Shown here: positions 51,125 to 59,972 of the stretch, one piece after another | How positions within the stretch are numbered: position 1 is the stretch's first letter | Layout of the letters: each line of letters opens with the position of its first letter | Source: Tannerellaceae bacterium | Lineage (GTDB): Bacteria; Bacteroidota; Bacteroidia; Bacteroidales; Tannerellaceae | Direction of reading: 5' to 3' | NCBI GenBank assembly: GCA_021201865.1 | Contig: JAJQEE010000112.1 | Span: forward strand, 481 to 64,480 | DNA length: 64,000 bases | Translations under genes and position numbers: made by a program | The notes under the pieces: generated by a model | Told to the model about the DNA's origin: nothing | What the model saw: only the letters and a program-made list of their open reading frames with translations | Database searches by the model: none

Positions 51125-52702
51125 TTAATATCCCGGATTCTGTACCATCAACGCATTTCCGTTCAGCTCATCTTTAGGAATGGGCCAAAGTAACCGGTAA
51201 GCTTCGATATTCACCAGGTCTTCCGGATTGTAACAGAAAGTTGTTCCGGCAATATGTGCCTGGCGGGATTCTTTCAGTTTCCGGAGGGCATATTCTGTTC
51301 CCCACCGTTTCAGGTCATAAAATCGATGCCCTTCACCCACCAGTTCCAATGCCCGTTCGTTCCGGATCGCTTCCTGCAAATCCTCTTTACTGTTCAGTGG
51401 ACGGAGTCCGTCTTCGCCGGTCAGTGTATATAAAGTCTCTCCGGCACGGGAACGGATCTGGTTCAGGTAATTTAATGCGACCGGGGTCGCTCCGTTCAGT
51501 TCACACTCCACCTCAGCTTTCATCAGGACGACATCCGCATATCTGAAAATGAGTTGATTAAAAGGACAGTCGCCCACCTCAAATTCATGTCCTACAGTCG
51601 TGAAATCGGTGAATTTCATAATGTGGGGATACAATGGTTCGGTTGCGTTGGTGAAGATGATCACCTGTTCTTCTCCCTGACTATCCGTATATCTGTATTC
51701 TCCTTTGTAATCTGCCGATATCTCCTCCAAAAGAGGTTTCCGGGAATAAAACAATTTTGTTCTCGGGCTATCCTCTTCCGTCATTTGCATCAGGTAATCA
51801 TTTACCGGAAATGTTGCATTTGCTCCCTTAAAGGCATCATGCATAGGTAGGTAAAAACTTAACATGCCTAATCCCTGGCGGGGAAGAGTACCCCGTTCAA
51901 TATTAACTTCCCAGATCGATTCTTCATTGAATTTCTTCTCCGTATTCCACACATCCCCGATCTCAGGCATTAAAGAGTATCCTGTGATCTGGTCCAGTAC
52001 AGTGGCAGCGGATGGAAAATCTCCTTTCATGAGGTGCACCTTTGCTAACAGGGTTAAAACGGCTCCTTTTGTGATACGACCAGCCGGGGTGTTATTTTTA
52101 TCCGGTAAAGTCGCTGCCGCTTCCAAATCCATGATGACATGTTTCCAGACCTCCTCCGCCGGACTGCGGGCAATATCAGTTTCCTTCATATGGGTTGGTT
52201 CCATGCGTAGCGGCACATCTCCCCAGCGCATCACTAAATGATAATACATCAGGGAACGGAAGAATTTCGCTTCTTTAATATATTGCTCCTTTTTATCAGC
52301 CGGAATATCCGGGCTGGTGTTCTCCGTCAAAGCGTGGATATAAGAATTGGTGGTATAAATAACAGAATAGGCATGTTCCCACGCAATCACCAAAGGGGTT
52401 ATTTCGGAATGCAGGGTATATTTCGGAAAAGCGACCGCTTCAGCAGAAGCGACTGGTTTATAGGTTAACAGATCGGAACAGGGCTCACTACGTACAATAA
52501 AATTCTCTCTCATGCCTGCTGTGGCCTGCGAATTAGTAGCCAAAGCATAAATGCCCATTAGTCCACCGAATGCTTCCGCATCTGTTTGATAGAACGTCTC
52601 CTGCATTTGCTGGCCTCTGGGATCTTCATCCAGAAAATCACTACAGGAAGCGAACCACCATATACAGGCTGAAAATAAACTTATTTTTATCAGAGTTTTC
52701 AT
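51125..52702 (-). CDS. SusD/RagB-family outer-membrane lipoprotein
   Basis: The likely start is MKTLIKISLFSACIWWFASCSDFLDE at 52702 (lipobox). It is SusD-like throughout and lies 13 nt downstream of the SusC stop. Confidence 0.9.
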   Translation of the reverse strand: MKTLIKISLFSACIWWFASCSDFLDEDPRGQQMQETFYQTDAEAFGGLMGIYALATNSQATAGMRENFIVRSEPCSDLLTYKPVASAEAVAFPKYTLHSEITPLVIAWEHAYSVIYTTNSYIHALTENTSPDIPADKKEQYIKEAKFFRSLMYYHLVMRWGDVPLRMEPTHMKETDIARSPAEEVWKHVIMDLEAAATLPDKNNTPAGRITKGAVLTLLAKVHLMKGDFPSAATVLDQITGYSLMPEIGDVWNTEKKFNEESIWEVNIERGTLPRQGLGMLSFYLPMHDAFKGANATFPVNDYLMQMTEEDSPRTKLFYSRKPLLEEISADYKGEYRYTDSQGEEQVIIFTNATEPLYPHIMKFTDFTTVGHEFEVGDCPFNQLIFRYADVVLMKAEVECELNGATPVALNYLNQIRSRAGETLYTLTGEDGLRPLNSKEDLQEAIRNERALELVGEGHRFYDLKRWGTEYALRKLKESRQAHIAGTTFCYNPEDLVNIEAYRLLWPIPKDELNGNALMVQNPGY

Positions 52703-52715
52703 ATGCTTTTTCTTT

Positions 52716-55700
52716 TTAAAATCCAATATTTACACCAAAACTAACTGTGCGGGGAACCGGATAAGTAGCGGCATCAATCCCCTGTGCCATGACAGATGAT
52801 CCCATGGAACTGACATCAGGAGACCAGCCGGGGTATTTCGTGAATGTATATACGTTATCCACACTTGCTCTAAGTCGCAGATTATTGACTTTGATCCGGT
52901 TCAGGATCTGTTTCGGAAATGTATAAGAGAGAGAAATATTGTTGATCCGGAAAAATGATCCGTCAAATACATGATAAGAAACATCCGTATAGGCACGGAC
53001 ATCATATCCGGAACGGGGTTCGGTCCGGCTGGGATGATTCACCTGCCACCGGTTATCATACCAGTCCTGAGCCGCATTATATCCTAACACCATCCGCTGG
53101 TTCATCAGATGTTGCATACTAAAGATGTCATTGCCTACCACCCATTGGCAAAGGATATCCAGTTGGAAACCTTTATAGGTGAAACTGTTGGTCATACCAC
53201 CGGTGAAGTCCGGATTCGCATCCCCTATAATCGTTTTATCGGCATCGGTGATCTTGCCATCTCCATTCATATCTACAATTTTCAACTCGCCGGGAGCATA
53301 TTGAACCTGTCCCATTTCCCGTGCGGTCGCAGACTCTGTTTCGTCGTAGATCACGCCGTCTGATTTGTATCCATAGATCAGGCCCAACGGAGATCCGACT
53401 TTCAGGATAGAAGGCTGGGATTGAATATCTCCCGCGGTGATACCTCCGCTTGGATTGATAATTTCAGTTCTCCCATCTCCCAGGCTGATAATCTTATTCC
53501 GGTTGATAGAATTATTAATATTCAGGTTCCACTTAAAATTCTTATTATCTATGATATATGCGTCTATGGTAATCTCTAAACCTTTATTGTCAATCGTGCC
53601 GATATTCTCCAGGCGGGAGACAAAACCGGATGAAGCCGGAAGTGCCCGTTGATATAACAGGTCATTGGTCCGCTTATAATAGTAATCAATGGTTGCATTC
53701 AATCGATTGTCGAAAAAACCCATATCCAGTCCTATGTCAACCTGCCGGGTTTTTTCCCATTTCAGATCCGGATCTGCGGAACGGTTAGGGTAATAGCCTG
53801 TGTACAGATCTTTTCCGATATATACCTGCCGGGCTTCTAAAGTAGAAAGTGTCTGGTATAACGGGATTCCCTGTTCTCCGGAAGTACCGTAACTGGTCCT
53901 TAATTTCAGATTGGATAACTTCCGGAAATCTTTCATAAAATCTTCCTCCATCACACGCCAGGCAAATGCACCGGAGGGAAAGAACGCATTTTTATTATTC
54001 GCTCCGAAACGGGAGGAGCCATCTATACGTCCGGTGAAAGTAACGGAATACTTATTCATCAGAGAATAATTAATACGGGTCAGATACGAACGCATCTGCC
54101 ATGCACTATACCCCGAAGCCGCACTGAAGTTGGTAGCTTCTTTCAGATTATTAAAGGTTGAGTTGTCATTGGCAAATCCTGTTCCTGTAGTCTGGAATGT
54201 TTCCGTTACATCTTTCTGCCACTCTGCGCCTACCATGGCATTCAGGCTATGGATCTTATCAAAGGTATTAATATAAGTAAGTGTATTCGTGGAATTCCAG
54301 TACAATCGGTTGTAGGAACCTAAAATAGCTCTTCCTTTATCCGCATTTCCTTCGGCAATATAGGACGGAGTATAATGCTTAGCCGTTGCATTCGAGGCAT
54401 CCGTGGCAAATGTGGTTTTAAACTTTAATTCTTTCAGGAAAGAAATTTCTGCATATATATTTGAAATAAAGCGGTTTCGGAGATCATTATTCGTAATCTC
54501 TTTTAAAGAAGCATACGGGTTTGCTCTTCTGCTCTCTACATCTACATATGGTGTGTAACTCCCGTCTTCCGCGAAAATGGGAACCACAGGAGATGCCAGG
54601 GAAATAAGTCCGATCATCGTGTTTGAATCTAACTTATTCCCCAGGCCGTTCTCTCCGTCATTATGTCCGGCCTGGTTACTATCCGTACGGGTGGCAGACA
54701 TATTCACTCCCACTGTCAACAGACGGGAGAGCTGGTTCTCTACATTGGCACGCATGGTGTAGCGTTTGAAATCCGTATTCATAATAATCCCATCCTGAGA
54801 GGTATATCCTCCGGACAGCATATACCGGAGCTTTTCCGTCCCACCACTGAAAGAGATCTCATAACTCTGAACCGGAGCTGTCCGGAAAATTTCATCCTGC
54901 CAGTTTGTTCTGGCCGGCAGATGGTTCAGATCATATTTTCCCGTTCCATTATTCTTATAGTCCATGGATTCGTTCCACAGTTCCGCCCATTGTTCCGGAC
55001 TGGTCAGTTTCAACCGGTTCTCAACACTTTGAAAACCTACGGACATATTGAAATTGGCCTGGAAGGCTCCCTCTTTTCCCCGTTTGGTCGTGATCATGAT
55101 CACCCCGTTAGCCCCTCTTGAACCATAGATAGCAGTAGCAGATGCATCTTTGAGTATCTCCATGGATTCAATATCGGACGGATTAATAATAGTCAGCGGA
55201 GAGATGGATTCCCCCTGTAGACCGCCTGCTGCTCCTCCACCATCCAAAGGCACCCCGTCCACTACATAGAGGGGTTCATTCGATCCTAAAATGGAGCTGG
55301 TACCACGGACCCGTACGACTGCGCCGGCACCTGGTTGACCGGAAACAGTCGTAATCTGTACACCTGCTGATTTGCCTTTCAACGCCATATCGGGAGATTG
55401 TGCCAATCCTAAGGTGATCGCATCCGCTTTGAGGGAGGTCAATGATCCGGTCAGGTCACTCTTTTTGATCGTTCCATATCCGACTACTACTACTTCATCC
55501 AGGTCCATCGTGTTTTCTGAAAGCCCTACCTGGATAATGGATTGGTTCCCGACCGGGATCTCTTTATCACTATACCCGATATAAGAGATGATCAGCACCG
55601 CATTTGCCGGTACCTCCAGGGAGAAGTTCCCGTCCATATCCGTAATGGTTCCTTGTGTGGTTCCCTTCACCACCACATTGGCTCCAATGACGGGGTCTCC

Positions 55701-56051
55701 ATAGTTATCTATAACTACGCCGGATATTTTTCTGGTTTGTTGAGGGACTCCGTTATGGGGAGTCAATATGATATGTTTATCAACGATCCGGTAGGAAATG
55801 TTCTGCTCTTTGGCAATCTGATCCAATATTTCAGGTACCAGCTTTTGGTGAGCCTGTAGGTTCACCTTCCGGTTACTGTCGATCTCTTCACTTTTGTAGA
55901 AAAACATAAATTCGGATTGTTCTTCTATCTGGGAAACGATATCATATAAGCTACCATTCTTCACTGATACCGAGACACGATACTGCTGTGCATAGGTGCT
56001 GGCTGTTACCTGAATGATACTGAATAAAATAAAGACGGATATAAATTTCAT
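52716..56051 (-). CDS. SusC-like TonB-dependent transporter with an N-terminal anti-sigma-signalling (STN) domain
   Basis: The likely start is MKFISVFILFSIIQVTASTYAQ at 56051. STN-like ..SLYDIVSQIEEQSEFMFFYKS.., ISGVVID..GANVVVKGTTQGTITDMDGNF, LDEVVVVGYG, and a barrel ending ..VSFGVNIGF. Confidence 0.9.
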   Translation of the reverse strand: MKFISVFILFSIIQVTASTYAQQYRVSVSVKNGSLYDIVSQIEEQSEFMFFYKSEEIDSNRKVNLQAHQKLVPEILDQIAKEQNISYRIVDKHIILTPHNGVPQQTRKISGVVIDNYGDPVIGANVVVKGTTQGTITDMDGNFSLEVPANAVLIISYIGYSDKEIPVGNQSIIQVGLSENTMDLDEVVVVGYGTIKKSDLTGSLTSLKADAITLGLAQSPDMALKGKSAGVQITTVSGQPGAGAVVRVRGTSSILGSNEPLYVVDGVPLDGGGAAGGLQGESISPLTIINPSDIESMEILKDASATAIYGSRGANGVIMITTKRGKEGAFQANFNMSVGFQSVENRLKLTSPEQWAELWNESMDYKNNGTGKYDLNHLPARTNWQDEIFRTAPVQSYEISFSGGTEKLRYMLSGGYTSQDGIIMNTDFKRYTMRANVENQLSRLLTVGVNMSATRTDSNQAGHNDGENGLGNKLDSNTMIGLISLASPVVPIFAEDGSYTPYVDVESRRANPYASLKEITNNDLRNRFISNIYAEISFLKELKFKTTFATDASNATAKHYTPSYIAEGNADKGRAILGSYNRLYWNSTNTLTYINTFDKIHSLNAMVGAEWQKDVTETFQTTGTGFANDNSTFNNLKEATNFSAASGYSAWQMRSYLTRINYSLMNKYSVTFTGRIDGSSRFGANNKNAFFPSGAFAWRVMEEDFMKDFRKLSNLKLRTSYGTSGEQGIPLYQTLSTLEARQVYIGKDLYTGYYPNRSADPDLKWEKTRQVDIGLDMGFFDNRLNATIDYYYKRTNDLLYQRALPASSGFVSRLENIGTIDNKGLEITIDAYIIDNKNFKWNLNINNSINRNKIISLGDGRTEIINPSGGITAGDIQSQPSILKVGSPLGLIYGYKSDGVIYDETESATAREMGQVQYAPGELKIVDMNGDGKITDADKTIIGDANPDFTGGMTNSFTYKGFQLDILCQWVVGNDIFSMQHLMNQRMVLGYNAAQDWYDNRWQVNHPSRTEPRSGYDVRAYTDVSYHVFDGSFFRINNISLSYTFPKQILNRIKVNNLRLRASVDNVYTFTKYPGWSPDVSSMGSSVMAQGIDAATYPVPRTVSFGVNIGF

Positions 56052-56211
56052 AATATTCCTGATCTTTTGTAGGGGTGTACGTGCACACCTGTGATTTTTT
56101 TCCATATATTTGAGTGTTGTTCATTAATGAATGCCTCTCTTTCTCTCCATCCGGATTAGGCCCTGGAAGGAGATCATAAAATGAGAGGATTGATTTAATT
56201 AAAATGACATG

Positions 56212-56240
56212 CCGGGGATCGCAACTCCCCGGTTTTTTTT
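56212..56240 (+). terminator. Canonical hairpin plus T8 in the FecR-SusC spacer, oriented antisense to the operon
   Basis: Stem ccgggga / tccccgg with loop tcgcaac, followed by tttttttt on the plus strand. The flanking genes are on the minus strand. Confidence 0.5.
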
Positions 56241-56287
56241 GATCCGGACTTTTAACTCATAGGCAATCAGATTTAAGGGTGTAACAG

Positions 56288-57327
56288 TTAGCGCGGATAG
56301 ATGAATATCTCATTTCCTGTCCGCTTAAAATCAAATCTTTCATCATAATTAATGATCCGTAGAAGTTCCTGGATATCCTGATCCAGTGAAAAGGTTCCCG
56401 TATATAAAATACGTTTCAGATTCTCATCTTTCAGATGGATAGTAACGTCATAGTAATTTTCCAGTTTGCGAATGATCGTGGCTAAAGGCTCATCCCGGAA
56501 TTTATATTCTCCTTTCGTCCATGCACAGGCCAATGCCGGATCAACCGTTCGTAGGGAAACAGCACCGCTCTGATGGTCCGAAATCGCTTCCTGATTAGGA
56601 TGGAGAAGCATATGGCTGACCCTTTCGTCCTGTTCGTTGAATGTTTCCAGGCTGATACTTCCACTGGCTAATGTCGTTATACTATAAGGCTCCTCCTGAT
56701 AAGATCTGACGTTAAAAGTCGTTCCGAGTACATGAATGGTTTGTTTTCCGGATCTCACCTGGAAGGGCTTAAGAGAGTCACCTGCAATCTGGAAGTAGGC
56801 TTCTCCATCCAGATAAACCAATCGCTCTGACTGATTGAAATGAACCGGGTAAGAAAACCGGGAGGCTGCATTCAGAACAACTAAGCTACCGTCAGGCAAG
56901 GTGATTTTATTCGCTTTGCCACCTTTTTCTACGAGGATCTCCGTATAGGCCAGAGGGCTTTTCTCTTTTTCCGGTGAAAGGGAAGTGGATTGCATCCCCA
57001 CATACCATCCGCTCACCATTGCGACACTCACGATCGCTACATATTGAATGGTCTGTCGCCAGATCTTCCGGGAAGAAAAAGAGGGTTTTTTTGAGTCAAT
57101 TCCGGCTGTATGCGTGTAAACATCCGTTCCCAGCTCTTCGCGGGGTCAGGCAATAGGATCTCTCTGTTTTTGGGAGAGGAATCGTGGATGCGTTTGATCT
57201 CAAAAAAGAGGGTTTTGTTTTCTTCTGAACTCCGGATCCAGTCCATGAGTTCATGGAGCTCTTTATCGCAAATATTCCCTTGCAGATAACGTATGATATA
57301 CTCTTCTATGGGAGTAACTTCTTTCAT
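56288..57327 (-). pseudogene. FecR-family anti-sigma factor. The frame is broken at T7 run 57086-57092 (A7 on the coding strand).
   Basis: ORF 57037-57327 is the cytoplasmic N-terminus. ORF 56288-57031 carries the TM segment and FecR domain (..ITLPDGSLVVLNAASRFSY.., ..VLGTTFNV.., ..ACAWTKGEYKFRDEPLATIIRKLENYY..). Adding one A gives ..ELTQKKPSFSSRKIWRQTIQYVAIVSVAMVSGW... Confidence 0.85.
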
Positions 57328-57370
57328 TCTTAATTCCTGTTTTTATATAAATACGATTGAGTAGCCTTTT

Positions 57371-57939
57371 TTACTTATCCGGATGCTGGTTTCTTTTCAG
57401 GAGAGCACCCCGGAGCTGTTTCAGAGCTTTATATAATTGAGCTTCTACTGTTCTTTTGGAAATGTCAAGAAGGGAAGCGATCTCCGTTGTTTTTCGCTCT
57501 TCCAGATAGGACATGGTAAATATTTCCCGGCATCTTTCCGGAAGTTTTTCTATTTCATGATAAATAGCGGATAAGCGTCTGTCTTCGGCAAAAAGAAAGG
57601 AAGGATCATCATTAAACCGGATCTCTTCTATTTTCAGCTGGGTGAGGATCGTTTCCCGGTAATTCCCGGTGATCTCTTTATGTTTCAGATAATCTAAACA
57701 GGTGTGCTGAACGGAACGGTATAAATAATGGGAAATTCCCTCTTTAATATAATGAAATATTTTTTCTGCCAGATCTTAAAGAATACATCCTGTACCAGAT
57801 CTTCGGCAGTCACGGGATCCACATACTTTGCCGCATAGTAGATCAGTTGCGGAGCATAGGTGTTATAAAGAGCCTTAAACTCTTCCAGTTCAGTAGGATT
57901 CTCTCGTGGATTATTCATAGGGCCTGTAATCAGAAACAA
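57371..57939 (-). pseudogene. ECF sigma factor. The frame is broken at T6 run 57760-57765 (A6 on the coding strand).
   Basis: ORF 57694-57939 carries region 2 (TAEDLVQDVFFKIWQKK). Another frame continues IFHYIKEGISHYLYRSVQHTCLDYLK...LPERCREIFTMSYLEERKTTEIASLLDISKRTVEAQLYKALKQLR.. to the stop at 57371-57373. Confidence 0.85.
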
Positions 57940-58047
57940 GGTTCACTAAGCTATTTTTTTATATAACGACTGAACAGGAAATAATACTTACCGGAAAGAA
58001 AATTATTTCAGAGTTTTTTCAGAAGGGTGACTTAATATATAAGTAAA

Positions 58048-58309
58048 GTAAATGTTTTATATGCTGACTATTCTACCCTGCAAGGGTAACAGCATCAGCC
58101 CAGGGCTGAGCGAAGCGAGCCCCTGGGTTGTAAAGTAGTATGATTCAACCCTGTAGTGGGTTGCATATTTATTATTGACTTATTGACAGAGAGTGAAACC
58201 CTTACAGGGTTATTGTTTTGGTAACCTTACCCAGGGATTCGCTTCGCTCAGCCCTGGGCTATTGCTGGTACCCTTGCAGGGTAGAATAGTCAGCATATAA
58301 AACATTTAC
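58048..58309. repeat. 262-bp nested palindromic intergenic repeat (family D, copy 2)
   Basis: The arm gtaaatgttttatatgctgactattctaccctgcaagggtaacagcatcagcccagggctgagcgaagcga pairs with the reverse complement of tcgcttcgctcagccctgggctattgctggtacccttgcagggtagaatagtcagcatataaaacatttac, with few mismatches. The interior is pseudo-symmetric, with mini-hairpins aaccctgtagtgggtt and aacccttacagggtt. Confidence 0.85.
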
Positions 58310-58321
58310 AAGAAAATTTAA

Positions 58322-58459
58322 CAGCCCTGGGGCATCGCCCGGGTTGTTGGTAGTAACAAGTGTTATTTTTTACTATACTGCACCTACGGTGCGCGATCTT
58401 CTGATCCTCCACTGAACCCCAGCGTGGCTGGGGTCTGGCATATCGTAGGCCTCCGGCCT
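58322..58459. repeat. String of short GC-rich palindromic units (REP-like mini-hairpins)
   Basis: agccctggggcatcgcccgggtt (a fragment of the family D module), gcacctacggtgc (58380-58392), acccca..tggggt (58416-58434) and aggcctccggcct (58447-58459). Confidence 0.4.
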
Positions 58460-58508
58460 GTAAAAGAAAGGTATACAGAGTTGCTCCGGAATAGAGGAAT
58501 TTATGTTT

Positions 58509-59279
58509 TCACCGGAACATCCAGCTAATGAAATCCGGTTCAGCAAAAGCATTGTTCCAGCTATCGTGGTTTACTCCCGGATATTCTTTGTAGTAAACTT
58601 CTTTTCCTGAATTTTTCAGTGTTTTATAGGCATCCCTTGACCAGATCACATCTACCGTATCATCTGCTGACCCATGATACATACGAAAAATGGTTTTCCC
58701 TTTGAAGTTTTTCAGTCTTTCGAGGTTGGCACCTCCACAAATGGGAGTGGCTGTTTTAAAAAGGTTTGGATAACGGCATACCAGATCAAACGAGCCGATC
58801 GCTCCCATGGAAAGTCCGGCAATATGGATTTGATCCGTGTCGACAATCCCTTTTTGAATATAACTATCTAATAGTTCCCTGACAGCATTCAGGGAAGGAG
58901 TAATAGCGACCGAATAGGGGAAATGTCGTTTTTGGCCTTCCGGATTTGGACGGGTGTAGGTAGACCAGTATAATGCTGAAGGACACTGAGGGGCTATGAT
59001 GATAGCCGGATAGGAAGATTGATTTTCATACGAGGCGAACATCTCTCCCCCGTGGGTCAACTGTCTTTCATTATCTTCCCCTCTTTCCCCTGCACCATGT
59101 AGGAACAGAATAACGGGATATGATTTATCCGGAGAATAATTCAGAGGATAAAGTATCCGGTAGTTCAGTTTATATCCGTCTTTAGCTGTAAACTGTTTTT
59201 TCAGGAAACTAACTTTGTCACCTGCAAAAGCTTGCGTTACAATAGAAAGGAAAAAGAATAAAGCGATTATTTTTTTCAT
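58509..59279 (-). CDS. Secreted alpha/beta-hydrolase (phospholipase/carboxylesterase-type esterase)
   Basis: 256 aa. Signal peptide MKKIIALFFFLSIVTQAFA, ..VILFLHGAGERG.., nucleophile elbow GLSMG, and ..HGSADDTV.., ..NHDSW... Confidence 0.75.
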   Translation of the reverse strand: MKKIIALFFFLSIVTQAFAGDKVSFLKKQFTAKDGYKLNYRILYPLNYSPDKSYPVILFLHGAGERGEDNERQLTHGGEMFASYENQSSYPAIIIAPQCPSALYWSTYTRPNPEGQKRHFPYSVAITPSLNAVRELLDSYIQKGIVDTDQIHIAGLSMGAIGSFDLVCRYPNLFKTATPICGGANLERLKNFKGKTIFRMYHGSADDTVDVIWSRDAYKTLKNSGKEVYYKEYPGVNHDSWNNAFAEPDFISWMFR

Positions 59280-59368
59280 GGTTTATTAATTATATAAATT
59301 CTTTATTCAAAGATAGGGATCTATTTTAGAATGGGGATAAAAAATCTCCTGTTTTCTTCCTGGAACTT

Positions 59369-59881
59369 TTTTTAGGTATTCACCTATTCACCTTTTGGGT
59401 AAGTGGCTGATCATGAATCAGTAACGGTGCATACCTGGCTGTTTTAGGTATTCACCTCGGTGAATACCCCAGGGCAGAAGTATTCACCTTGCAGGGAGAG
59501 TATAGGATAATAAAGGGACATTTTGGTGAATAGTAAAGGCTCAAGTCTCAGGGGATGCCCACAAACTATTGCTACCCTCTACACCCTGGCGTCCGTAGCC
59601 GCCTACTTTATTGGTGAATAGATACTATCTTACCGGCGCTACCCTGTAGAGGGTAGCAATAGTTTGTGGGTGGGGCGGAAAAAAGAGGTATGCGGGTAGT
59701 GAATGATGATAGGGGATTCAATGAATACTTTCCCTATGGGAAAACCTTTCTTTGTCCTGAAAAGTGAATATCTTACTGGTAGGTATTCACCCAGGTGAAT
59801 ACCTAAAACAGCCAGGTATGCACCGCTACTGATTCATGATCAGTCACTTATCCAAAAGGTGAATAGGTGAATACCTAAAAA
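59369..59881. repeat. 513-bp nested-palindrome non-coding element (family A/B, copy B), inverted relative to copy A
   Basis: 59369-59456 and 59794-59881 are reverse complements at 85/88 positions. An inner perfect 26-bp stem (59558-59583 / 59645-59670) closes a loop that is the reverse complement of copy A's loop at 54/60 positions. There are many GGTATTCACC / GGTGAATACC motifs and no ORF >=60 aa. Homology to copy A extends to ~59345-59899. Confidence 0.9.
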
Positions 59882-59937
59882 TAAATTTATAGGGGGGAGA
59901 TTAACGAGAAAGAGGATATCCTAAAAGTCTATCTCTG

Positions 59938-59972
59938 TTTCCCCGCATAGCCCTGCGGACTATGTGGGGAAC
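59938..59972. repeat. Isolated palindromic unit downstream of the cobB-like gene
   Basis: ttccccgcatag pairs with ctatgtggggaa (one G-T pair). The loop ccctgcggac resembles a family C mini-hairpin. Confidence 0.35.
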
